The notes below the pieces were generated by a model that made no database searches, was not told the DNA's origin, and was given only the letters and a program-made list of their open reading frames with translations. A stretch of DNA of 64,000 bases from Firmicutes bacterium UBA5509 (GTDB lineage: Bacteria > Bacillota > Proteinivoracia > UBA4975), in contig DIOR01000021.1 of NCBI GenBank assembly GCA_002423965.1, positions 6,812 to 70,811 on the forward strand. Reading direction: 5' to 3'. Shown piece by piece: positions 49,606 through 59,829 of this stretch (the stretch's first letter is position 1; each line of letters begins with the position of its first letter). Position numbers and translations under genes: made by a program.

Positions 49606-49658
49606 AAAAGGGCTATCGCCCTGCGTTATTAATTAAACGCTAGTGCGACAGCCCTTTT
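49606..49658. repeat. Small palindromic element, copy 2, also usable as a bidirectional terminator
   Basis: AAAAGGGCTATCGC...GCGACAGCCCTTTT; its reverse complement aligns to 19109-19151. Confidence 0.7.
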
Positions 49659-49677
49659 ATTGACTCCACTTTTTTGC

Positions 49678-50700
49678 TTAGATTTGACCAAACTTTAACT
49701 TTCCTTCTGCTTGCAGCCACACCAGAGCGTCGTGAATGGTCTCCTTAAAAGGACGAACCTTATAGCCCAGTTCTTTCTTTGCCTTGTCTGAAGAAAAATT
49801 GGAGTTGCTGGTCAGGGTATAGAGCGAATACCTGGTAAATAAGGGGCGACGCTTGCGTATTTTGTAGTACAGGCTAAACCCTGGTAGGAGCATGCGGGCG
49901 GCGGTAATTGAAATCATATGCTTCACCAAGGGGGCTTGGGTCAGTTCATGGACACAGCGCAGAATCTCTTTTACAGCCACGTAGCGATTGCCTAAGATAT
50001 ATGTTTCTCCGATTACACCCTTCATGCATGCCGCTACCACCCCTGCCGCCACATCCCGGACATCGGCAAAGTCATAGCCTCCCTTAACCCCTGCAGGCAA
50101 CTTGTTCTTTACACAGTCGATTAACATCTGAGTGACATAGCCGTAGCCGTAATCTTCCGGCCCGCAAAGACCTGAAGGAAATACTATGGTGGCATTCAAA
50201 CCATGGTCCTTAACAGCATCCATGACAATCTGGGCCGCCCAGGCCTTGGTCTTCCCATAAAAGCCAACAATTTTATCGGCATTAAACTCTGTAATCTCAG
50301 TCATTATCTCACCATTAGGGGCTTCAGGAATGGCATGAACCGAACTGGTATAAACCAACTTTTTGACCTGGGAGCGGACACACTCATTGACTACATTCTC
50401 CGTCCCCCGCACATTGACATTAAAAACCTGCTGATTAAAATTCCACACCGTTGCCACAACCCCGGCACAATGAATTACATTGACCTCCGTCCCTTGGGGA
50501 ACAGCAAAAAACCTTTCTAAATCGGATGGGTTTAAGATGTTTCCTTCAAACTGCACTACCTCTTCCGGAAGCCGCCTAGCGGCAACATCCCCGGGAAGGA
50601 CCAGGGCTTTGATTTTTTTGCCCTGGGATAGCAATTCCCTGACGACGCTGCTTCCCAAGTTCCCGGCTGCACCAGTGACTAAGTAAATCTCTGACAGCAT
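49678..50700 (-). CDS. NAD-dependent epimerase/dehydratase (dihydroflavonol reductase/HpnA-like extended SDR)
   Basis: TGAAGNLG, VIHCAG, YTSSVHA, YGKTK, FADVRDVA. Confidence 0.88.
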   Translation of the reverse strand: MLSEIYLVTGAAGNLGSSVVRELLSQGKKIKALVLPGDVAARRLPEEVVQFEGNILNPSDLERFFAVPQGTEVNVIHCAGVVATVWNFNQQVFNVNVRGTENVVNECVRSQVKKLVYTSSVHAIPEAPNGEIMTEITEFNADKIVGFYGKTKAWAAQIVMDAVKDHGLNATIVFPSGLCGPEDYGYGYVTQMLIDCVKNKLPAGVKGGYDFADVRDVAAGVVAACMKGVIGETYILGNRYVAVKEILRCVHELTQAPLVKHMISITAARMLLPGFSLYYKIRKRRPLFTRYSLYTLTSNSNFSSDKAKKELGYKVRPFKETIHDALVWLQAEGKLKFGQI

Positions 50701-50915
50701 TTCATCACCTCAATTTGAAACTTATTGTTTAGGAAGAATGTATAAGTCAAGGTGAATGCAATACGCTGTGTTGATTATCTTTCGTAGCTACAGTATACTA
50801 ACAACATGAAACCTAATCAACCAACAGATTGTTATCTTTTGTTGATTGCCCCACATTTTCGGGACAGAATGTAGTACACCCAATATATTTTTGTGCATTT
50901 ACAAGGTGAGAAATT

Positions 50916-51482
50916 ATGGCTGTTGACAGACGAGTGAAGTATACGAAAATGGTCCTTCGGGAGAGTATAATTGAATTGCTCAAAGAAAAACCCATATCCA
51001 GACTGACTATTACGGAACTTTGCAAAAAGGCGGATATTAACCGCGCCACATTTTACTCCCATTATAGGGACCAGTTTGACCTGCTAACGCAAATAGAGTC
51101 GGAATTTATCGCCGATATAAATTCTTATCTAGATCATTTTCTCCTGGAAGCAGGCGAGGACAACATTGTCCAGATACTGGTGAAGATCCTTGATTATATA
51201 GACCAAAACAGCGAGCTATGCCATGTACTTCTTGGCAACAATGGCAATATCGATTTCCAAACAAATATAATACAGGTTGTCAGCCAAAGGGTAGTATTTG
51301 AGTGGAAGAAAAAACAACGGGTAGATGAAACTACTGCTGAGTATATTTACACCTATGTAGCCATTGGGAGCATTGGTGTAATCCGCAAATGGCTTGAGGA
51401 TAGCAATCGGAAATCTCCTCAGAATATGGCTGAGTTTGTTACCCACCTGGTATACAAGGGTATTGAGTCATTCATAGAGTAA
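50916..51482 (+). CDS. TetR/AcrR family regulator
   Basis: DRRVKYTK...ITELCKKADINRATFYSHY; divergent from the epimerase gene. Confidence 0.92.
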   Translation: MAVDRRVKYTKMVLRESIIELLKEKPISRLTITELCKKADINRATFYSHYRDQFDLLTQIESEFIADINSYLDHFLLEAGEDNIVQILVKILDYIDQNSELCHVLLGNNGNIDFQTNIIQVVSQRVVFEWKKKQRVDETTAEYIYTYVAIGSIGVIRKWLEDSNRKSPQNMAEFVTHLVYKGIESFIE

Positions 51483-51537
51483 TTATTCAAGGAGAACCGC
51501 AACTGCGCCGAAGTATTAGCTAGATGGAGTGATACCT

Positions 51538-52458
51538 ATGAACACAAAGTATGTCACCGTAATCGGTGGGGTAAATGTAGATATTGTGGGGTTTCCCAAT
51601 TCTCCCTTGGTTGCCCAGGACTCAAATCCTGGAACCATTAGGGTTTCCTTTGGTGGCGTGGGGAGAAATATCGCCGAAAATATTGTTAAGCTTGGGGTGC
51701 CTACAAAACTCCTTAGTGCTATAGGTGATGATGTCTTTGGGCAGCAGGTACTAGCTCAGGCCCAGGTCAGCGGCCTGGATATGAATGATACCCTTGTGGT
51801 AACAGGCTATCCCACGTCTAGCTACCTGGCAGTCCTGGATGAAAAGAGAGATATGCATGTGGCCATTTCCGCGATGGAAATCTTGGAGAGTCTTAACGTG
51901 GATTTCTTCGCGAAGAAAAGACCTTTAATCGAGAAGGCCAAGGCCTGTGTCTTAGATACAAACATTTCTAGAGAAGTGATTGAGTATCTCTTGACAGAGT
52001 ACAGGCAAACAGATTTTTTCTTAGATACAGTATCTACCACTAAGGCCATGAAGGTAAAGGATTTAATTGGCTTGTTTCATACGATAAAACCCAATAAAAT
52101 TGAGGCGGAGATGCTTTCTGGCCTTAAAATAGCCAACAAAAAAGACCTTTTGGCCTGCGGAGAATATTTTTTATCTAAGGGCGTGAAACAAGTCTTTATA
52201 AGCCTGGGGAAGGACGGCCTATACTACACTAATGGCCTCGACAGTGGATATATTTCGGCCCATAGCATCCATGTGGTAAATGCTACCGGGGCCGGAGACG
52301 CCTTTATTGCTGCCCTTGTATATGGTTTTTACCAGGAATATAGTATTGACTATTGCGCAAGATTTGCTATGGCCGCTTCCGCCTTGGCCCTATCCCATGA
52401 AAATACAATTAATCCTAATATGTCAGTGGCAAATGTAAAACTACTAATGGAGGAGTAA
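51538..52458 (+). CDS. psuK: PfkB-family kinase, probable pseudouridine kinase
   Basis: DSNPG, GGVGRNIAEN, KPNKIEAE, NATGAGDAF; adjacent to psuG. Confidence 0.85.
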   Translation: MNTKYVTVIGGVNVDIVGFPNSPLVAQDSNPGTIRVSFGGVGRNIAENIVKLGVPTKLLSAIGDDVFGQQVLAQAQVSGLDMNDTLVVTGYPTSSYLAVLDEKRDMHVAISAMEILESLNVDFFAKKRPLIEKAKACVLDTNISREVIEYLLTEYRQTDFFLDTVSTTKAMKVKDLIGLFHTIKPNKIEAEMLSGLKIANKKDLLACGEYFLSKGVKQVFISLGKDGLYYTNGLDSGYISAHSIHVVNATGAGDAFIAALVYGFYQEYSIDYCARFAMAASALALSHENTINPNMSVANVKLLMEE

Positions 52459-52460
52459 AA

Positions 52461-53372
52461 ATGCTAAAAGAGTATTTAGATATTAGTCCAGAAGTATCTA
52501 TGGCTTTGCAGGACAACAAACCTGTGGTTGCTCTGGAATCGACAATCATTTCTCATGGCATGCCCTACCCCAGGAATGTAGAAACAGCATTAAGGGTAGA
52601 ACAGATTATTCGCGATAATGGGGCTGTCCCTGCTACTATCGCCATACTGCAGGGAAAATTAAAAGCTGGCTTATCCCGAGAAGAGATTGAGCACCTAGGC
52701 AGGAGCCAGGATGTAGTAAAAGCCAGCAGAAGAGACATTCCCTTTATTGTAGCTAAGCAACTAGACGGAGCAACTACTGTAGCCTCCACCATGATTATTG
52801 CTGCTTTAGCCGGGATTAAGATCTTTGCCACCGGTGGCATCGGTGGCGTCCATCGGGGTGCCCAGCAGACCTTCGACATCTCTGCCGACTTACAGGAATT
52901 AGCTCATACAAATGTCGCCGTTGTCTGTGCAGGGGCAAAATCCATCCTAGATATTGGCTTGACCTTAGAGTATTTAGAAACCAACGGTGTCCCCGTAGTG
53001 GGTTTTGGCACTGATGAAATGCCTGCATTTTATACAAGAAAAAGTGGGTTTGCAGTGGATTACCGGATAGATAATGCTAAAGAACTTGCAAATGCCATTA
53101 AGGCAAAATGGGACATGGGCTTAACTGGAGGAATTGTAATCGCCAACCCAATCCCTGAGCAATATCAGCTGGATTATGCTTTAATTACCCGGGTAATAGA
53201 TGAAGCCGTCAGAGAGGCTGAGAAAAAAGGAATTAAGGGCAAGGAAACCACCCCCTTCTTACTGGCCAAAGTGAAGGAAATTACACAGGGAGAAAGCCTT
53301 GAAGCCAATATTCATTTGGTATACAACAACGCCCAGGTGGCGGCCCAATTGGCCCTAGAATTAGTTAAATAA
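52461..53372 (+). CDS. psuG: Pseudouridine-5'-phosphate glycosidase
   Basis: VALESTIISHGMPYP, ATTVASTM, GGIGGVHRG, DISADL, GAKSILD, TPFLL. Confidence 0.95.
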   Translation: MLKEYLDISPEVSMALQDNKPVVALESTIISHGMPYPRNVETALRVEQIIRDNGAVPATIAILQGKLKAGLSREEIEHLGRSQDVVKASRRDIPFIVAKQLDGATTVASTMIIAALAGIKIFATGGIGGVHRGAQQTFDISADLQELAHTNVAVVCAGAKSILDIGLTLEYLETNGVPVVGFGTDEMPAFYTRKSGFAVDYRIDNAKELANAIKAKWDMGLTGGIVIANPIPEQYQLDYALITRVIDEAVREAEKKGIKGKETTPFLLAKVKEITQGESLEANIHLVYNNAQVAAQLALELVK

Positions 53373-53472
53373 CACTCCCCTATCCTTTCTGAGGTCCGGT
53401 GACTCCCTTACCCCCCTTATGGGGGTATTTGTTTCGAATAATATATATGAACAACGTTAGGAGGTAGGTCAA

Positions 53473-55119
53473 TTGAAGCGCTTTATGGTCATCTGTCTCA
53501 TCGGGACAATTATTCTTTCCTTGGCTATGCCCCAGGCACAAGCTACACAGACTGAAGATGTAGAGGCCAATGTTGAGACTAGCCTTGACTCCGATTTCAC
53601 TGATGAGGAATTAGACAAAGTTCTCACTCAGGACTCCCCCTGGTATTTCATCAAACGTATCTTTGAAAGGGTTAACTTAATCCTTACTTTCCGTCAGGAA
53701 GCCAAAACCGAACTCCTGGCAGACCTGGCCAATGAAAGGGCCAAGGAATATGCCGCCCTGGAAAAGAAATATGATGGCGAAGACATCGACGAAGACCAGT
53801 TAAAATTGCTGGAGCAAGCCTTGAAAGAAATGCTAAAGTTCACCGAAAAATATATGGAGAAGATCATCGAAGAAGAAGATGACGAAGAAGTTCCACCTGT
53901 GGTTGATGAAGAAGAGGTGGAAGGTGACAAGTATCAGCAGCGCATTGCCCACCTAAAAAGAATTGCCGAAAGGGCACCGGAATCAGCCCAAAGTGGTCTC
54001 TCTAGGGCAATTGCCAACGCCCATCGCCAGCGGGCGAGAATGATTGCTAAGGGCAAACTATACGATCCAGATACTGAGACCCAGTATTCTCCCTTCGAAA
54101 AGTTTGACTTTAAAATCAAACAAGCCGACCGCAAGCTCCAGGTAGAATATAAGGAGTCTAAAGATGAACTAGAGGCCAAGGTAGAGGTCAAGCAGAGCGG
54201 TGCTATGAACATAGAGTTAAAGGGATATATGGCCCTAGAATACTTACTGCCAATTTTCGCTGAAATGAATGTAGATGCTTCCCTGCCTCAAGAAGAAATA
54301 ATTTCTACAGTGTTGACTGCTTTCGGTTGGACTGAAGCCTATGATGAACTAAAGATAAAGATTAAGTTCAACGACGGCACAAAAATAGAGATCGAAATCC
54401 CCGAAGATGAAGAATCCAACCCCTTACCTCCCACCAATCTTGCCTACAAAGAATTTGAGTTGGAGTTAGAGGCCAAGGATCGGAAACTTGAAGTAGAATA
54501 TAAACTTGAAGAAGACGAAATAGAGGCCGAGGTAAAAGCCAAGCAGAAGAATGCCAAAGATAATGAGCTCAAAGGTGCCAAGGCCTTAGATTACTTGCTT
54601 CCCATTTTAGAAGGTCTAAAATTAGATCCCTCTATGCCAAAGGCTGACATCCTCAATGCCCTATTAGCCGCCTTCGGTTGGGGCAGCGAATATGAAGAAG
54701 TCAAGTTAAAAGTCCAATTCAATGACGGCAAGAAACTGGAGCTGGAATGGAAAGACAAAGATGACAAGGAAATTCCTCAGCCAATTACCGGAATTCCCTT
54801 TAAATCCTTCAAGCTAGAAATAGAATCCGATCATAAGAAACTCGAAGTTGAACTGAAACTTAAAAACGATAAATATGAAGCAAAGGTAGAGATTGAAGAG
54901 GAAGAAGACAGGGAGTTTGAACTGAAAGGTAAAAAAGCTCTGGATTACCTACTCCCCATATTTAACAAGTTAAAGCTGAATCCATCAATGAGCGATACAG
55001 AAATGATCAATGCTCTGCTCAAAGCCTTTAATTGGAAAGGATCTTGGGAAGAGATTGAGGCTGAAATCCGGTTCTTAGACGGAACTAAAGTAAAGCTTGA
55101 AAAAGAACTGGACGATTAA
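53473..55119 (+). CDS. Secreted acidic protein: DUF5667-like N-terminus plus three tandem YusW-like repeats
   Basis: Signal peptide; DSPWYFIKRIFE; three repeats of about 105 aa with F.....KL.VE.K....EA.V...ELKG..AL.YLLPI....AF.W.....F.DG.K. Confidence 0.7.
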   Translation: MKRFMVICLIGTIILSLAMPQAQATQTEDVEANVETSLDSDFTDEELDKVLTQDSPWYFIKRIFERVNLILTFRQEAKTELLADLANERAKEYAALEKKYDGEDIDEDQLKLLEQALKEMLKFTEKYMEKIIEEEDDEEVPPVVDEEEVEGDKYQQRIAHLKRIAERAPESAQSGLSRAIANAHRQRARMIAKGKLYDPDTETQYSPFEKFDFKIKQADRKLQVEYKESKDELEAKVEVKQSGAMNIELKGYMALEYLLPIFAEMNVDASLPQEEIISTVLTAFGWTEAYDELKIKIKFNDGTKIEIEIPEDEESNPLPPTNLAYKEFELELEAKDRKLEVEYKLEEDEIEAEVKAKQKNAKDNELKGAKALDYLLPILEGLKLDPSMPKADILNALLAAFGWGSEYEEVKLKVQFNDGKKLELEWKDKDDKEIPQPITGIPFKSFKLEIESDHKKLEVELKLKNDKYEAKVEIEEEEDREFELKGKKALDYLLPIFNKLKLNPSMSDTEMINALLKAFNWKGSWEEIEAEIRFLDGTKVKLEKELDD

Positions 55120-55148
55120 TGCCAACCTAAAATATCTAATCGTAAAAG

Positions 55149-55183
55149 GAAAGACCAGTCATGTTCTCATGGCTGGTCTCTTC
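55149..55183. terminator. Bidirectional terminator
   Basis: AGACCAGTCATG...CATGGCTGGTCT between convergent genes. Confidence 0.6.
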
Positions 55184-55193
55184 TATGTCTCTA

Positions 55194-55649
55194 TTAGTAT
55201 CCTAAATCCGTAATAATCTCACTTATTTCCTTTTTAAATTCCGCCCCTGCAGAAACGTAAATGAAAGTATTATCAGTTCGCGACACCACATAGTACCCAT
55301 CGGAAGTAGTCTTACTATAAGAGCTATAGTTTTTCACCGACACAGACTTGTTTGTTCCAGTGCCGGATATGGATTCAAAACCTGACTTATTTTCCTCAAA
55401 GGCGGACTTAGCCTGGTCCACTGAAGGCACGATATAGAATTCAATCTGATAATTTTCTCCTACAGCCAAGAAAACAGCCTCTACATCACCTTCATCAAAC
55501 TGATTTACAGCATCCACTAATTCGAACCCAGCAGCCTCCATCTTTGAAACAAATTCATTGGCAGTTAATGGAGTCCTGGGGTCGCCGCCACAGGCTGCCG
55601 CAGCTAGAACAAGCGTCAATAACAATAGTAAGGTCGTCGCTCTTTTCAT
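55194..55649 (-). CDS. Hypothetical lipoprotein
   Basis: MKRATTLLLLLTLVLAAAAC lipobox-like signal; RBS GAGGAGG. Confidence 0.75.
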   Translation of the reverse strand: MKRATTLLLLLTLVLAAAACGGDPRTPLTANEFVSKMEAAGFELVDAVNQFDEGDVEAVFLAVGENYQIEFYIVPSVDQAKSAFEENKSGFESISGTGTNKSVSVKNYSSYSKTTSDGYYVVSRTDNTFIYVSAGAEFKKEISEIITDLGY

Positions 55650-55797
55650 AAGAATCCTCCTCGTGTTAATAATTACTGTTATATTATATTTCCTGGCACT
55701 GAGAAGAACCCTACATATCTTGCTCTCTTTGCGTCTATTATTGCTATCTTGGCGTGTTTTCGGCTGGTGGAATTTTTCATGAGGGCGCAAAAGCGGT

Positions 55798-56475
55798 CTA
55801 TGAGCATAATCTACCGTCGACGATGTTCAAGGTCCGGTTACAATACTTGCTGACATTTGGATTATGAGAAACAATTATTACTGTCTTTCCTTCTTCATTC
55901 AGTCTTTGCAGCAAGGTCAAGATTTCATTTGACAGTCTTGTATCCAGAGATCCTGTCGGTTCATCTGCCAAGATGATATCTGGTTCATTTACCATTGCCC
56001 TGGCAATTGCGACACGTTGCTTTTCGCCACCGGAAAGGTTGCTGGTCCGGCGTTTGGCAAGTTCACTAATCTCAAGTTTCTCCATAATATTGTGGGCAAG
56101 CTTTTCCATGTCGCGCCACTTAACGGCTTGATTAAATAAAAGCGATGTAATAACATTCTCTATCGCCGTGCGATCATTGAGAATGCCGAAATCCTGGAGG
56201 ACGAAGCCAACCCTTTTATTACGTATTTGTGCTAGTTTGTTTTGCTTAAGTGTGCTGACTAGTTGCCCATCAAAGTAATATTTGCCTTCTTTGGGATAAT
56301 CCAAGCAGCCCAAAATGTTCAATAGAATTGACTTTCCAGAGCCCGAGGGACCCATTACAGCTAACATTTCACCCCTATCAATGGCTAAATCAATGCCCTT
56401 AAGAGCATTCACCTGTTCTGGAGTGTTGCTGTTATATACTCTATGTAGGCCATGAACCTCAATAAAAGACATCAT
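55798..56475 (-). CDS. ABC transporter ATPase (LolD/MacB-type)
   Basis: [32 protein letters not shown]. Confidence 0.88.
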   Translation of the reverse strand: MMSFIEVHGLHRVYNSNTPEQVNALKGIDLAIDRGEMLAVMGPSGSGKSILLNILGCLDYPKEGKYYFDGQLVSTLKQNKLAQIRNKRVGFVLQDFGILNDRTAIENVITSLLFNQAVKWRDMEKLAHNIMEKLEISELAKRRTSNLSGGEKQRVAIARAMVNEPDIILADEPTGSLDTRLSNEILTLLQRLNEEGKTVIIVSHNPNVSKYCNRTLNIVDGRLCS

Positions 56476-57144
56476 TTATCATCCCTTCTCATTAGACTGG
56501 AAAGACTTCTGTCCCTATACAACAATATTACTGTAATCAATGAGACCAACATAAATACAGCACATAATCCGCATGTAACAACTAAATTCAAGGGGCCAAA
56601 CAAGAACATGTCATTGTTCTCTGTAAGAGAAATACCAATTTTCATTGCCACCAGGGTAACTGCTGCAGGGAGGAGAACAATTATTGCGTTACGTGCCATT
56701 TGGTTCAATAACAGACTGGACCAGTCCATTCCGTTCATCAGGTATACAATTGTTTCCCGCCTACTTTTTAACATCTGTAAAATATTGAAACCGCTAATTC
56801 CCACTAAGGAAAGCAGAGCTACTACCAAACCCAAACTAATAAAGCTCCTATTCCCTGATATAATTCCGCTCTTTTCCCTGTTATCCATCTCTTTAAAAGA
56901 AATAAACCTTCCCAATCCCTCCGCCTCAGCCCTTTGGTTCCATCGCTGAATTAGTGAATGTAATTTCTAGAAAGTAGTACTCCTTGATATTGAGAACCTT
57001 ATACACGCCACAGAGCTGGCTTTGCCCTGTCCTGTTGAGATCCTGCAGAGCATGAATGTTGAACATGCCGTCATTATCCGCATATTTTCCATCGAGGGAC
57101 CCAGCATATTCCTCCGCCATGGCAATGTGACTGACTCCATTCAA
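56472..57144 (-). pseudogene. Truncated FtsX-like permease C-terminus with upstream fragments
   Basis: Only the last three or so TM helices remain (LVGISGF...RRETIVYLMNG...); they overlap the ATPase start and are preceded by a short unrelated ORF. Confidence 0.55.
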
Positions 57145-57151
57145 TTCATCG

Positions 57152-57853
57152 CTAGCCCTTAATGAATTTCAATACCTTCTTAGGTCCCGCATCGGGGTTT
57201 AGCCTTAGCACCTGCCCTGTAATTGCTTCTATAGCCTCTTCTTTACCTAGCTTGGACACCATCTCAAATACGTCCGGACCCCAAAAACTTTCTGTCGTAC
57301 AGAACACAGTAGATGACCAGCCATATTCCTCACCCTTCTGAGATATCTTCTGCTGTCGCCCACACATGGTCAAGTACATCTTCATTTGCAGTTCCACCAA
57401 AGCCCTGTCAAATTGAGCCTTCTCCCCTTTTTCAAAACCAGAAAGTTCCTTAATGCCATGAAGAGGCAGTGTCCCATGCTCAACCACAACATCATAAATT
57501 CCCTTAGCATATTTGCTGATTGTCCCGTTAGAATACTCTTCCTCAAAGCTAATATCTCCCCGGCGGACAGAGATGAAATACGGTGCCCATTCCCTGGTGA
57601 TATAGCCACTTTTCTTAAAGAACACCTTGCCATAAGCAATATCCTTCCGCTCATCAAGAACCCGCATCCGCCATTCCCAAGGGTCGGTTTCCGGGTCCCC
57701 TGTATGCCAGCGTACAGGAGTCTCATAAGGCGGCTCCTCGTTCCAACTCCAAGACAATAACGAGAATATACCTTCACTGTTCCCACCACCCATGGAGAAC
57801 CCGGCTTGCAGCAAGGCTTCAATAAAGTCAGCATAACCCTGTATTTGTTTCAT
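57152..57853 (-). CDS. AlkZ-related winged-helix protein
   Basis: WHTGDPETDPWEWR, IAYGKVFFKKSGYI, ELQMKMYL, GEEYGW pattern. Confidence 0.6.
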   Translation of the reverse strand: MKQIQGYADFIEALLQAGFSMGGGNSEGIFSLLSWSWNEEPPYETPVRWHTGDPETDPWEWRMRVLDERKDIAYGKVFFKKSGYITREWAPYFISVRRGDISFEEEYSNGTISKYAKGIYDVVVEHGTLPLHGIKELSGFEKGEKAQFDRALVELQMKMYLTMCGRQQKISQKGEEYGWSSTVFCTTESFWGPDVFEMVSKLGKEEAIEAITGQVLRLNPDAGPKKVLKFIKG

Positions 57854-57929
57854 CCTAACCCTTCCCTTACTATAACTTATGTGCAGTAGTATGGCATCTC
57901 ATCTCAGGTTCGACCTAACAACTAAATAC

Positions 57930-58658
57930 TTACTTTTTTATCTGTGCGGTAAACCTACATTTGGGATACCCTGAACAACCGATAAACTTGCCATACTTTC
58001 CTGCTCGGGTCACTAAAGCCTGTCCACAGCGGGGGCATACCTCTTTCGGTTCAGTAAACGCTTTGATGTCTGAAACGTGCGTCCTCCTAGCAGCCCTATC
58101 CCTAATATTAAGTCCGGTAAGCCGTTGGGCAATATCCTTCTTTTCGGTATCACTAATTACAGATTCATCGTACCTCCGAATTGTCTTCAGCAATTTAGTA
58201 CTATATACAACATGATTGCTGGTCTTGGTTTTTAGATCAGCATTTATTGAGAAAACCACTATAGGAATGTACAAAAGGTTCGGGTAGTCCGCAAGGACTT
58301 TCTTCAATGCTTTGATATGGCCTAGATTCTGGCGAATCGGATTATAAAACTTCTCTTTGCGCTTATAGATTACTTGAGTCCAATAACGACTGGTGTCGTC
58401 ACCGAATATCCATCCAGAATAGTTCTTTGTTTCCACCACAAAGACCCCAAAATTAGACACTATGACGTGGTCAATTTGGCTGGTCCCCCGCTCAACTTCC
58501 ACCATTACATCGTTAATGACAGTATACTTTTCCTTATCCAACCGCTTTAACACAAATGCTATAATTTTTTCACCTATATAACCTTTAATTTGAGGGCGAA
58601 AGACTCGATACAATACAAGTAGTAAAATTACCAAAATCAATAACTGTTTGATGAACAT
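57930..58658 (-). CDS. NERD nuclease-related domain with a topoisomerase-type C4 zinc ribbon
   Basis: GYIGE, QIDHVIVS..GVFVVETKNYSGWIFG, NPIRQN..H; CPRCG...GKFIGCSGYPKC. Confidence 0.9.
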   Translation of the reverse strand: MFIKQLLILVILLLVLYRVFRPQIKGYIGEKIIAFVLKRLDKEKYTVINDVMVEVERGTSQIDHVIVSNFGVFVVETKNYSGWIFGDDTSRYWTQVIYKRKEKFYNPIRQNLGHIKALKKVLADYPNLLYIPIVVFSINADLKTKTSNHVVYSTKLLKTIRRYDESVISDTEKKDIAQRLTGLNIRDRAARRTHVSDIKAFTEPKEVCPRCGQALVTRAGKYGKFIGCSGYPKCRFTAQIKK

Positions 58659-58790
58659 AGTCCTCCCCCTTCTTTCCTTCGAATACTTAATTTATTATCT
58701 AACTTAGGCATCTTATCAGACTCATCCTATCCTGATAGAATCCTTTAAAATAACTCAATGGAATTCCACCGCACAGATTAAGAGTATATG

Positions 58791-59464
58791 TTACATAATT
58801 GCTTGATCAATAATTGGCACACTCTTATTGATAATCTGGCTAACTTCCTTGCTAAGCTCCCCAAAGGTTTTACTGGTATCGAAAGTCATAGAAGCAACCA
58901 TTAAGTATTGGTTTTTATAGATCATACCTTTAGGTAATTTCCCCATAGTCTGTCGAACTATATGTTGGTTCTATAAGAACCTCTAAAATTAGTTCTTTGA
59001 GGGCTAAAGAAAGCACTTTGAAAGGCGATACGAATCTAAAGTGGTATCTAAATATTAATTACCCTATCATTACTTCTAGGGGCTGGCCATTTTCTATATT
59101 CATTAATACGTGTTCGAAGCTCATCGAGAAGCAAATATATCTTCCCTGTTCCTCTGCTCGGGATAGACTTCCTAATTTCTTCTCCATATGTAATCGATTG
59201 AAAAGCTCTAGACAAGGGCTTGCTCCCGTCTAGGGTTAAATAAAAATAGTTAATATGGTTTTTTATGTCTAAATCCTCCACACCCTTATTGCCAAACTCC
59301 TTGAGAGCATAATCTTCAGTCTGGTTGGCTGCTACATCTGTAGTTAGTCCCATATTAGCAATAAGGTTTTCTGAAAACTGGTATGTTGATTAAATGCACT
59401 AATCTGTAAAACTATCCTCTCTCCCATTCATCCCAAGCAGTTCAAAGATATCCTGCTAGTGCAT
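58791..59464 (-). pseudogene. Decayed PD-(D/E)XK nuclease-family gene
   Basis: RBS and ATG 59464 read MH*QDIFELLG..REDSFTD*; later NQTEDY...FYLTLDGSKP..F.SITY; several stops and frameshifts, and the catalytic ExK segment was not found. Confidence 0.5.
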
Positions 59465-59634
59465 TTTATTCTCCCCCTAGAATTGTTCAAGGTTAAACAA
59501 ACGTCTGCAGTGTTCACCACAAATCCGCTAAACAATTGCCTGGCAAACTTGTATCCGGATTTCAAATTCTACTTTTTGTAATAAAATAACTCTACGTCAC
59601 ATCAATCGGCTCGTGTTACAGCGACTTTGCTTAG

Positions 59635-59829
59635 CTACAATGCACGGTCTCCATGGGGTATGGGCAACAAGGCCTTAGCTAGCTCTTGGCTGAGGTTAAT
59701 ATACTCTGCATTCTCCAGTTGACGCAGCAACCAAGATTTCCCGCTGTCAGGAGGACCAACCAGGAAAACCAACCGATTGTATTGGTTTGATACAACATCA
59801 ATATGCTTTTGGATTGTTGTAATGTCCAC
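59635..59829 (-). pseudogene. brxF: Truncated BREX type 3 BrxF-like P-loop protein
   Basis: QYNRLVFLVGPPDSGKS...INLSQELAKALL...R.L resembles the BrxF N-terminus; stops at 64 aa; no other brx genes in the window. Confidence 0.65.
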
